Below are positions 9,905 to 20,000 of a stretch of 20,000 nucleotides of DNA, piece after piece (within the stretch, counting starts at the first letter, position 1; every line of letters starts with the position of its first letter). The DNA lies in contig NW_027117347.1 of assembly GCF_038025025.1 (NCBI RefSeq), forward strand, positions 1,843,292 through 1,863,291. The letters run 5' to 3'. Origin of the DNA: Phyllosticta citribraziliensis. Lineage: Eukaryota. Below the pieces are notes generated by a model. The model was not told the DNA's origin and ran no database searches. It saw only the letters and a list, made by a program, of their open reading frames with translations. A program made the position numbers and the translations under genes.

Positions 9905-11484
9905 TCACGACTCATCGACCTTGGCCTTCTTCGCCTCGTCCCCAGCCGCATCCTTCATCTCAGCATCGTCATTCTTCCTCTTCGAACCAGCCGACGCCGA
10001 AGCGTCCGCCGGCTTCGCAGCACTGTCGCCGCCGTTCGGTGCGGGGGCAGGCTTCTTGCGCTTGATAAGGCTGGAGATGTCGCTGGCGCCCTTGAGCTTG
10101 CCCTCGAGCTCCTTCCGTTCCTGCTCCGAGGGCTGGCCGAGCAGCTCGCTCAGCACGCCGGCGATGGGGTTGCTCGCGTCAGGGGCACCGGCCGGGTTGC
10201 TCGGGGCGCTGAGCGAGATGGCGGGGGCACGGAGTTCGGCGAGCTGGTTGTGGCGTGTTAGTTTGATTTGTTCTCATCTGGTGCGAGGTACGGTAGGAGA
10301 GGGAAGCGGGTAGGTGCTTACGCGGTCCTCCATGTCCTTGACCATCTCCTTGACGTCGAGGACGCGTTGGCGCAGGTCAGCGGCCTCTTCGGGTGCGGCA
10401 TTGGGTAGCTCGGCTTCGGTCTTGGTGATGCGCAAGTTGCACGAGGCGATGGCCTTTTCCATTTCGGCAGCGGCGTCGGCGCGCATGTCTTCGTCGACTT
10501 TGGCATCCTTCGGGTTCACCTTGCCGCCTGTGTATGCGTCAGCTTTGCGCCCCGAAAGCGTGGATGAAAACACTTACCATTAGCTTCGGCTTGCGCTTGA
10601 GCCTTGCGGACCTCGGTCATGGAGCCAAATTCGAGGGCTAGCGAGAGGAAGTAGTGGCCTTCGGCAATGACGCTCGATTCCTCGGGGTAGAGCTTCTGCT
10701 TGATCTCCAGCGCGGCGCGGAAGTCGTTGACGGCTTCAACAAAGTTCTCGTTCTCCAGGCCAATCTCGGCCTGCAAGTGGCGCGTCTCTGCGAGCTTCTC
10801 CAGCACCTTGCGCTCCTCGGGGTCCAACTCTTTTGCCGGCGCCTTTCCCTTGCCCTTGTCGCCGGTGGTGTCTCGTGCACTGGACTGTAACGCCTCGAGC
10901 TGTTTCTCCAGCAAGCAACGCGCGACATCGAGAATCTCGTAGGCGTTGGAGAAGTCGTCCTCTTCCTCGAGCGCGTCGGCCTCGGCTTCTTCGTCTTCCT
11001 CGTCGGATTCAGTGTCCCAGTTCTCGTCGCCGGTGATTTGGAAAAACGGCTTGTTCTCGACCGTCTGGTCGTTGGTGTCTGCCTTGCCGTCCTTCTCCTC
11101 TACCACGGCCTCTACTACCTCTTCTGCCAGCTTCTGCTCCCCGCTCGGCAGCGCTTCTTCAGCCTTGGTGTTTCCGTCGCCATTCTTCTGCTGTTTCTTG
11201 GGCTTCTTCGCTGGCTTTTCCTCGCTGGCGACTCTGCCGCCGAGGACGTCACTCTTAGCGACTGCGACCTTGTATAGGCAGCGGCCGTAGCGGAAGTATA
11301 GCTCGGCGTTCTCGGGCGCCATTTCGCCATTCAGTTCAACTTGGACTTCGGTCGCTTTGGAGTAAATGTCGGCAGCCTCATCGTAGTTCTTGAGGCGGTA
11401 CTGCAGCTCCGCAGCGGCGAGGAGAGCAGAAAGCTTGTCCTGCGAGTGATCGGACTCGTCGCGGATGGTTTCGAGGGATGCCAT
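9905..11484 (-). CDS. NASP/Hif1/Sim3-family histone chaperone (SHNi-TPR)
   Basis: Exons 11484-10578, 10527-10322 and 10243-9905. TPR1 (YDEAADIYSKATE...ENAELYFRYGRCLY), an acidic interruption ending EEEDDFSNAYEILDVAR, the SHNi-TPR AEIGLENENFVEAVNDFRAAL, and C-terminal DISSLIKRKK plus a basic NLS-like tail. Confidence 0.9.
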
Positions 11485-11629
11485 TGTGTCGCAAGTGTAC
11501 GCGGATGAGAGTGAGCAGTGTTTGGTGACCAGAAAGCCGACGTGTGGTGTGGGTTGTTGTGTTGCGAGGCGGCGGTGGTGGTGGTGGTGAGGAGCTGTCC
11601 AGCTGAAGGGAAAGTTGAGCCGAAACGAA

Positions 11630-11660
11630 ACGCGCCCGCGCGCTTGCAATCGCGACGCGT
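11630..11660. promoter_or_regulatory. MCB-like (ACGCG/ACGCGT) G1/S elements in the NASP-DPB2 divergent promoter
   Basis: ACGCG at 11630-11634, ACGCGT at 11655-11660 and further CGCG units lie in a 254-bp head-to-head intergenic region between two chromatin/replication genes. The local sequence is GC-rich, so chance occurrence is possible. Confidence 0.5.
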
Positions 11661-11738
11661 CTTCCCGGTCCGCCTTGATCAACGACACCACTCCACTTCT
11701 CCACCACCACGGAAGCGCAGCGCCTCTGATCCAGGAAA

Positions 11739-14218
11739 ATGGCTTTTCTGAATCGTAGAACTGGCGACGCCAAGCTCAAAACTGCTCCCGACCTCATACC
11801 GTCATCCTCACCAGCGTTTGCGACTCCGCCAGTCAACCCTGCCCGTCCTCTACGAACGGCGCCTATTCCTGCGCCGCCTTCTTTGAAGCCCACCGTCCTC
11901 CCAATCGTCCTTCCACCGGCTTCTCTGAGACCACTGGCATTCAGGACATTCACGAAAAAGCATAATCTCACCATTTCGTCATCTGCGCTCGCAGCACTCG
12001 CTACATTTGTCGGACGACATTGCGGCTCGGGATGGAGGGAAGAGGGACTCGCGGAAAAGGTTTTGGAAGAGGTCGCACGAGCATGGAAAAAAGCCAGCGG
12101 TAGCGTCATCGTTCAAGGAGATGATCCGCTGCTGAAGACCATTCTCAAGACGCTGGAAGGATGTATGGTCGGCGGGCGAGTTGTGCAAGGGAAAACTCCA
12201 ACGCTTTCGCGAGACAGCAGCTTCAAATTTGGTGCCAATGGCCTTGACCCCGGGGCAGTGCCGACACTGGAAAAGCAGGACAGCTTTGGAATAAGTGGCC
12301 TGAGTGTGGGCGAGGAGGACGGAGAGGACGAGAGCAGAGATCCACGCGATTGGATCAAAGTTGTTGGAGCCTACGAGCACCCCAAGATGGTGTACAATGT
12401 CATGAAGAAGCACTTTGATAGGTACGGCGCCCAATTCACTGACAGCATTGAACTCAAGCTAAATATTCCAGATCGACCGCGAAACCCACCCTCTTCCCGC
12501 AGCCCTCTACCAAGACAGAGCTTTTCCGCCAACGATATCACATCATCCATCAGCGCCTATTGCGTAACGAGTCCTTTGCGACTCCCTCATTTGCCGGCAA
12601 CAGGACATCGTCACTCCATCGTACCGATACGGGCTCGGCTTCCTCAACAAACAAAATCACTCCCATCTCCAACCTGCTCGGCCGTCACGGTACCAATCAC
12701 CTCCTCCTGGGATTGCTTGCAGTCTCGCCCACCGGAACCTTGGCTCTCTCAGATCTCACAGGCACCATTGCCTTGGACATCACGCACGCGCGTCCAATCC
12801 CCGACGATGGAGCATGGTATTCGCCTGGAATGATTGTGCTTGTTGATGGCACATATGAGGAGGACTACAGCAATATTCACGCTGGATCAGCCAACGCGCT
12901 TGGTGCGACCGGTGGTGTTGGAGGAACGATTGGAGGGAAGTTCATTGGGTTTTCAATCGGCCATCCACCACCCGAGAAGCGCTCCCTCACACTTGGAACT
13001 CCCGACAGCAACGTCCCAGACGCCTCCACAAGTGCTGCCGTAGGGCCCGCATTTGGCTGGACGGACTTTCTAGGCATGGGCTCTGAACGTGCGACGGGCG
13101 CGAAAATGCGAAGAATCCAAGCACGTCTGCTGGGATCCGAGGCCCCCACAGCAAGTCATACCAAAATCGTCATTGCTGCGGATGTAAACCTCGACAACCC
13201 CCAAACCTTTACCGCTCTTCGCACATTACTCTCTACATACGAGGCTACGCCCATTACCGATTACCCGCTCGCCATGGTCTTCATTGGCAACTTTGTTTCG
13301 ACCGCAGCCATGGCGGGCGTTCCAGGTCACGGCAGCATAGAGTACAAGGAGCACTTCAACGCTTTGGCCTCTGTATTTTCAGACTATCCTCAACTGATTG
13401 CTCGGACCACCCTTGTGTTCGTCCCTGGTGACAATGACGCCTGGCCCAGCTCATTCTCGTCTGGGGCGGCTTGCCCTCTGCCAAGAAAGAACGTTCCCGA
13501 CATTTTCACCAGCCGCATCAAGCGTGTGGTACAAGAAGCGAACAGAGAGATCGGCGGCTCGGAAAAGCGAAAAGAGGGCGAAGTCATCTGGACAAGCAAT
13601 CCAAGTCGACTGACTTGGTTCGGTGTGCAAGGAGAAATGGTCCTGTTCCGCGACGACGTGACAAGCCGGTTACGACGCAGCGCCATCCGCTTCAAGAAGC
13701 CTGAAGAAGAAGAGGACGGTGAGGACGAGGATATGGACCTGGAGGAAGAAGCGCAGCGGCGCCGCAATAGCCGTGAAGCCACAGTTGCTTCCGTGCTGCC
13801 CGAAGACGACGCTGCACCAGCCGACTCAATGGAAGTGGACCAGCCGCCAGAGAACGAGTCGCCATCGCTCACCCACCGTCCAAAGTCTCAGCATCAGCCG
13901 ATTCCCGGGTCGTCTCTTGATTCCGACACCCTCCTTGCTCGCGCGTTAACTCGCACAATCATCTCACAGTCACATCTTTCGCCCTTTCCGCTGCATGTGC
14001 GGCCCGTCCATTGGGACTTTGCGCATACCCTGGGTATCTACCCTCTGCCAACTGCCCTCGTGTTGGCGGACAATGACGCCCCGAGCTTTGCCCTGAAGTA
14101 CATGGGTTGCGCGGTGATGAATCCGGGGAGTATTGCTGACGGGAGGAAAGGTGAGCGATGTCGCTGGGTCGAGTACTGTGTGCGGGAGGGCAAGGGCACT
14201 GTCAGGGTTGTTGATTAA
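11739..14218 (+). CDS. DPB2: DNA polymerase epsilon subunit B
   Basis: Exons 11739-12421 and 12472-14218. Motifs LRPLAFRTFTKKHNL, LFRQRYHIIHQRLLRNESF, ITPISNLLGR, LSDLTGTIALD, FVPGDNDAW, TSNPSRL and QSHLSPFP..RPVHWDF..L.IYPLPTALVLAD. Confidence 0.96.
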
Positions 14219-14390
14219 GTCAAGCATTTGGGGGGGTTTTCACCATCGAGGGGATTTCATGACATTGCAGTTCATATGTCCACTGGTTGACTTCGGCATC
14301 TTGGGCGACGCTTGCAATATTTCCTGGACACATCGGCGCTGCGACGCGCAGCCTGGAGACATGTTGTCACCCAAGAATGAGGAAAGCCGT

Positions 14391-15323
14391 TCAGTCCTCA
14401 TCAGCAACCATGTAGACCTGATCGCCGACTTCCACGCCGTTCTCAAGCAATTCAGCTATTCCCTCCTCATCGTCGTCGTCATCATCCTCGTCCTCTCCGT
14501 CTCCATCTTCTGCGCCCTCACAATTTCCATCGAGTTCCTCTGCTAGATCTGCGCTGATGACTTCTTCGTCGTTATTGCCAAGCTTCTCGCCAAAAACAGA
14601 CCAGGTTATCTTGTCGTCCAGTTTTGCTTGGTCCACATGTTTCCTTTGCAAGCTTCGTCAGATTATATGGCATGCGCGATCCAACTGGTGACTTACCGGA
14701 AGCCCAAGCTCCTCCAGACGATCTACTTGAAGCCGATTGCAAAGATGTGCTCGCCTTCGAGACCAAAAATCTTTTTCAGCTCCTCCGATCTCGAATGTCC
14801 GACGCCGACTCCAGAGTCGAGTTGTTCTCCTATGCGCAACTGTCAGCACAGAAATATTTCTGTGGTGGATGCAATGGATGGCGACGAAATTGATGGGTCC
14901 GAAGTTCTGAACTCACCCAAGCCGATACATCGATGCCGTCAGTCTCAATCATCAGTGTGATTCAAATCGGCGGAAAATTCTTTGCTTTGTCCCTCAGGGA
15001 TGGTCGGATTCTTTGCGGTTTGCAGCTCGACGATCAAATGGCGGTTCCGACCCCACTTGATGTTCAACCACTCCTGCGCCTCTTCATCTCTGACGAATTT
15101 CTAAAGAGTGGCTGGGCTGCCGGAACTAGCATTGGTCGACTCCCATGCATTTGAGCTCCGAGTCGTTCTTGTTCTTGAAGGTGTTCGATTTATCGAGCAG
15201 GCTCGCCAAAGACGGACAAGGATAGTGCGAACTGGCTGCCAACACTAAAGCCTCGAATTCCAGTCTCACGATGCGCACAAGAATGTTTGTGGGAAGCAAT
15301 TTCTCACCGTTTCGGCAGGGCAT
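14391..15323 (-). pseudogene. Degenerate fungal gasdermin-like gene (RCD-1/HET-Q1-like) with acidic C-terminal tail
   Basis: Two recognisable introns: 14916-14830 (GTGAGT..GCTGAC..TAG) and 14696-14644 (GTAAGT..TCTGAC..AAG). Conceptual translation across lesions: ...FKNKNDSELKCMGVDQC*FRQPSH/KFVRDEEAQEWLNIKWGRNRHLIVELQTAKNPTIPEGQSKEFSADLN/..GIDVSA/GEQLDSGVGVGHSRSEELKKIFGLEGEHIFAIGFK*IVWRSLGFRKHVDQAKLDDKITWSVFGEKLGNNDEE...acidic tail. In-frame TAG stops at 15128-15126 and 14725-14723, plus frameshifts near 15100 and 14920-14960. Motif order matches fungal gasdermins as I recall them. The 5' boundary is uncertain. Confidence 0.65.
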
Positions 15324-16119
15324 CTCAGTTCCAGTGCCGACACCCGCAAAATTCGCTTAAACGGAGCAGCTTCCCGCCCCCTCAGGACTTTCGAAGCCGT
15401 AAGGAGACCCGGCGTGCTGAAAGTTTACCGCTCGGCCCAGACATCCGAAGTTGACTCGGCTGCAGGTCGTGGCGGAATGTCTATTTCAGGACGCAGTCAA
15501 CGCGCGCATATCCAAAGAATGAGCGTGATCGACGAGTTCCGGATACATGCATAGCCGCTCTGTCAAGAGTGGGGGATCGAGCCGCTTTGTTGACTGGGGG
15601 CCATCTAATACCTACAGCTATGCAATCCCAAATCCACTTGCTACAGGGCAATAGCACTTTGTGGTCGAAATCTCATCCCCGAAGTACGAAAACCAAGAAG
15701 TAAGGCGTTATCAACTCAATCAATGGTTGAATCATCACCATAGACAGCTACAAAGAAAGGACAATGAACGGGTCTCTCCTGATCGAGCGGTGCCCTCCAC
15801 GCTTCGTGCGCGATTGTAACCTTTGCATGAGCATTCCGTGCAATTGGGAACCAATTATGTCGCTAGCAAAGCAATTCTCGCGAGCTTTAAGCGCCACGGT
15901 TCCAAATGGAGGTAAAAGAAAAAGCGAGAGAGCAATATCCTTGACGGTGGGGCTACAGGGGCGCCTGAAGTTCAGCGCTAACAGTTCTACATTTATTTTC
16001 GCAATCGCGCAAACAATCGGAATGCTCAAGAAAGCGTCATTTTCGATTCTTCGATCCGAGAAGCTCGAATTACCGGAGCACCAAAACGTACACATCAATT
16101 CGAAAGTTCTAGACCAGAG

Positions 16120-19100
16120 ATGCGGTTTCCAGGAGCCCTCAAGCGCGCCCGCGGCTCTGTACGTTCGCACCTTGGTACCATTGACAAAACCACGGAGCGG
16201 GTACTCTCCTTTGCGGAGGAGCTAGCATTCCAGGCCACCGAGCAGACTGATCAGTACGAAGAGACCGGTGATGTCGAGAAACTCCGCCGAGCGATCAATT
16301 TCCTGCAGCAAGCCCTGAACACTATAAGCGAAGACCAAAGGAAACCAATTTTTGAGCGCGACGATTATTTGGGCGAGTTCGTGCACGGAATTTCGCAAGA
16401 CCAATGTCTTGCTATCCGGACCTTGTTCTTTGCAACCGGTGATGCGGCATACCTTCATCATTGCATCAATCAAACCAAGATGCTTGTCGCAGCTTCACCG
16501 AAACCTCCCCGGTCTCTCTTCTTCGAGCTTTGCTTTCTGAGCCGCACCCTTTCTTATCGCTACTTTGCACTTGGAGAAGAAAATGAGAGCGATCGAAGAG
16601 ATGCTCTCGATGCTCTTCGACGCGCCTCATCAGTCCTGCAAAAGGAGCGCAAAAAACTGGATCTCTCAGGTGCGGAGTTGACCACCTTCCAAGAAGAAAA
16701 AGAACTGCTCGACAAGCCGATCGAAATTGCAAAAGGCATATATCTCTACAACCGCGCAGCCAATTTCAAACGCCGGTTCTTCCACTCTGGAGATCTCAAG
16801 GCCTTGCGGTCCGCCCGCTCGTATTTCGCCAGAGCTTTGCAGCTTTTCCCTCCGGCTCATCCAAATTACACAAAATGTGCCGTCAGTGTCGCTGACTGCG
16901 AAGTAAATTATGTCCATGGGACCAACGACATCGCCGGATTGCAACCAGCGCTGAAAGTAATCGATTCCCTTGACGTCACCGGTTCAAGTACCGATGAGTT
17001 TATGGATGCTACGCACACGAAAAGCCTGCTTTACAGAACCAAGTACGATTTCTCATCTGATCCCAAGGACCTTGAGTACTCCATAGCAGCGGCCAAGGCT
17101 GCCGTTGCGATCAGCGCAAAGAGCCGAAACCTACGCATGTTTGCGTTGGAAAACCTTAGCAGCCAGCTTTGTCGTCGTGCTGAAGCCCAGCGATCTTCTG
17201 AAGACATCGATGCCGCGATCGTAGCCGCGAGAAATGCACTTGACGTGTGTTCCGAGGAACGAGTTCAGCGGGCGGAGGCATATGCTAACCTCGGCGCTCG
17301 ACTTGAAATGAAGTACACTCTTTTCGGCGGATCAGAGAACCTAGTGGCTGCTATTGGGCATTCTCGCTTTGCTGTTACCACGTTGCCGGAAAACCACCGA
17401 AAAAGAGCATTGCATTTGCACAACTTGTCGAATGGACTGAGACTTGTCTTTGAGGATTCCGGAAAGGCGGAAGTGCTGGATGAGAGCATTCGAGTGGAGC
17501 GCAATGCGTTGAAAATCGCAGCGAGAGATGATCCCGAAAAGTACATCATGCTGTATGGGTTGAGCCTTTCGCTGGAGCATCGCTTCAGGAAGACCCAAAA
17601 TTCGCAAGACATGAACGAAGCCATGTCAGCAGCAGAAGAAGCGCTAGCCGGGATGCCAAAAGGTAGGCAAATACGGGAACTTTTCCTAGCGGACGACGCC
17701 CATTCAAGGTGGATCGAGCAGGGTGCGGTGTTTTTTTTAGGAGTCACGTTGTATGATGTCTGTTCAATTGAGACTGTGCTGATGAATGTACTAGGAAGCA
17801 CCAGATATCCCATGTGTCTTCACAACCTGGCAAATGTTCTGCACGACAGATTCATGCGGTCGAAGGCGATCTGCGACATTGACCGAGCAGTGAAAGCCGC
17901 TTCCGATGCGATTTCAAGCGGTAGTTCCGATGAGACCGGTGAACTCGTTTACTCAATGACGCTTTCCGCGTGTCTGTTCTCAAGGCATGATATCAGTAGA
18001 GACGTTGCTGACATTGACCAAGCCATCAGTGTTGCGCGCGGTGTCATTCGTAAGTCCGCTTCATTTCCACTAGTAAGGTACTCAAGGATTTGATGGGATT
18101 GATCCAATACTGAAATTAGTTTTACTTCAGAGAAATGTTCTCGATCGCATCCGAAGCGACCCCACTGGTTGAGCGAGCTTGTATTACTGCTTGACCGTAG
18201 GTTCGAGTGTTCGGGCTCGAAAGAAAAACACGAGTATCTTGACCAAGCATTGCAATTTCGAAAGGAAAGCGTGGCCACACTTTCAGAGCATCATCCAGAC
18301 ATGGCCTGGTTTTTATGCTCTCTCGGAAGCCTTCAAGTGAAAAAGAATGAGTTGCTCATAGACGGTGCGAACCAGCGAAAGCCAGGTTTCTTATTGGGTG
18401 CAATCGCGTCATTCCGCCGGGGTTTCAATCAAGCGAACGCCAGTCCCTCAAGCAAAATCTGCAACGGAATGCTGGCCGGCTCCTGCTACATGGCCTTGGG
18501 GAACTGGGAGCCTGCGAGCGAGATCTTATCAGGAAGCGTTCAGCTTTTGCAGCAAGTCAGTCCACTTTCCTTGGACGACAATGATCGTCAGCACCAGCTT
18601 CGGGGTCTTACGGGCCTGTCCACGGAAGCCTGCGTATCTTATCTCATGTTGGGCAAAGTTGAAGCTGCCGCCGAGATTTTGGAGGCTGGCCGAGGAATCA
18701 TCGCCAACATCTCGACAAGACAACACGAAGATCATAAAGCTTTGAAGAGCGCGAGTTTGAGCCTTCACACTCAGTACACCGAGCTTTGTCAGTCATTGTC
18801 GCTGGGCTCGTCCGCCGAGAGAGACGAGGGCCTAGATCTGGTGGCGAAGCGAAACCAGGATCAAGCGAGCCTCGAAAGAATCGAAGAGCGCATTCGTCGG
18901 CTACCGGGTCTGGAGCATTTCAACAAAAGACTTTCGGCTTCGCAGATTCGTCGACTTGCTGAAAGAGGCCCTTTGGTATCCTATTGCACCACAGAGTCTC
19001 GAGCTTTTGCGCTCATCGTCACAACGAAATCAATTAGCTCCTTGCCGTTGCCCGATCTTCTTTGGGACGATGTCGAGAGAAACACACCTCTGGTTACCGG

Positions 19101-19896
19101 AGACAACAGATTGAGTCTTCGGCCGCCGTCGAAACGGTCCGGAGCAAACAAGAAAATGCGAGAATTGCTTGCTTGGCTATGGGACACGGCGGTGAAGCCA
19201 GTGCTCGACCATCTAGGACTAATTCGAAGTGAGGGGGAACGGCTTCACCCTCGATTGTGGTGGGTGACGAGTGGGCCTCTGGGCGTCATGCCTTTGCACG
19301 CAGCCGGTAAAGGCAGCAAGTTCCCACAGGAGAACACGTACGCCCATGTTGTCTCGTCGTACACTGCCACTTTTTCCGCCCTGGCATTCGCTCGACAATG
19401 TCAATCGAAGGTTTCCCGGGCTCAGCCGAAAGTGGCTCTGGTAACCATGCCGAAAACAGCCGCGAGGAGAGACTTGAACACTGCAGCGGAGGTACAAGCC
19501 GTGCGCGATGCTTTTTCAACTTCGGGCACTGGACTGGTTGAGATGTGTCAACCTGCGGCGGCAGACGTCTTGCACCAAGTCCGCGGCGGCAGCATCGACG
19601 TTTTTCACTTCTCCTGCCATTCCGAACCTGATCTCAACGACCCTTCAAAAACATCTTTGCTCTTTGGCTGCGATGCGACCGCCACATCTCCAGATCGACT
19701 TCCGATCCAGGAACTGAGAAAATTCAACGGTGCGACCGACCTGTCGTCCCGCGCGCCGCAACTCGCGTATCTTTCAGCGTGCTGCACGGCGCAGCAGTAC
19801 GATTTGAAACTCCTCGACGAAAACGTCCATTTGGCAGCAGTTTTCCAGGTGATGGGATTTCCGTCCGTGATCGGAACGCTTTGGGAAGCAGATTAG
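16120..19896 (+). CDS. TPR-like repeat + CHAT (caspase HetF-associated) cysteine protease, C-terminally truncated by the telomere
   Basis: Exons about 16120-17662, 17795-18049 and 18131-19896. About 45-aa helical repeats (e.g. LENLSSQLCRR...EDIDAAIVAARNAL; LHNLANVLHDRF...DIDRAVKAASDAI), then EILEAGRGII, LAWLWDTAVKPVLDHLG, RLWWVTSGPLGVMPLHAAG, VVSSYT, the catalytic His in HFSCH (19618-19620), the catalytic Cys in AYLSAC (19780-19782) and GFPSVIGTLWEAD*. The start codon is provisional. Confidence 0.9.
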
Positions 19897-20000
19897 GGTT
19901 AGGGTTAGGGTTAGGGTTAGGGTTAGGGTTAGGGTTAGGGTTAGGGTTAGGGTTAGGGTTAGGGTTAGGGTTAGGGTTAGGGTTAGGGTTAGGGTTAGGG
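19893..20000 (+). repeat. Telomeric repeat (TTAGGG)18, chromosome end
   Basis: 108 nt of perfect TTAGGG from 19893 to the window end, with the G-rich strand running 5'->3' toward the end as expected for a right telomere. Confidence 0.98.

Noticed and set aside
9330..10313. ORFs 9534-10313 and 9578-10261 (+) and small ORFs in the ATG7-NASP gap
   Set aside because: They are largely antisense shadows of the NASP last exon and 3' UTR.
11571..11710. (GGT)n run and CCACCA-rich tract flanking the NASP-DPB2 promoter
   Set aside because: Short, low-complexity 5' UTR sequence on each side, not a convincing inverted-repeat element.
14723..15128. TAG stops in the gasdermin-like gene as A-to-I editing (UAG->UGG) or readthrough sites
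   Set aside because: Accompanying frameshifts cannot be rescued by editing. Ordinary mutational decay is the simpler explanation.
15748..16225. Overlapping ORFs 15764-16225 (+) and 15748-16170 (-) as a third gene
   Set aside because: No recognisable motifs. They may be promoter sequence or an unresolved or eroded 5' part of the TPR-CHAT gene.
14220..19892. Subtelomeric transposon, telomere-linked helicase or RIP-degraded repeat
   Set aside because: No transposase, reverse transcriptase or RecQ motifs, no terminal repeats and no AT-rich RIP signature are visible.
1..20000. Prokaryotic features (CRISPR arrays, operons), tRNA or rRNA genes
   Set aside because: The sequence is eukaryotic with spliceosomal introns. 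I found no repeat-spacer arrays, cloverleafs or rRNA-like segments.

Overview
Right-hand end of a chromosome from a filamentous ascomycete (Pezizomycotina; GT-AG introns with CTRAC branch points, TTAGGG telomere). Positions 1-14.2 kb hold six compact housekeeping genes: an Hrp1/Musashi-like 2xRRM protein (3'-partial, with a 1,048-nt intron), the Rab-GAP GYP1, dCMP deaminase, ATG7, a NASP/Hif1/Sim3 histone chaperone and DNA polymerase epsilon subunit B. The last 5.7 kb is an accessory module. A decayed minus-strand gene that reads like a fungal gasdermin (RCD-1/HET-Q1 family) with an acidic C-terminal tail sits head-to-head with a TPR-like-repeat/CHAT caspase-like protease gene. The protease frame is clean until it is cut inside the CHAT domain by 18 perfect TTAGGG repeats, whose first unit supplies the stop codon; this is consistent with a recent break healed by de novo telomere addition. 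The long RRM-gene intron also contains a hammerhead-like motif, a cluster of (G/A)U(U)AG motifs and a possible micro-exon. All family calls come from motif recognition without database searches.
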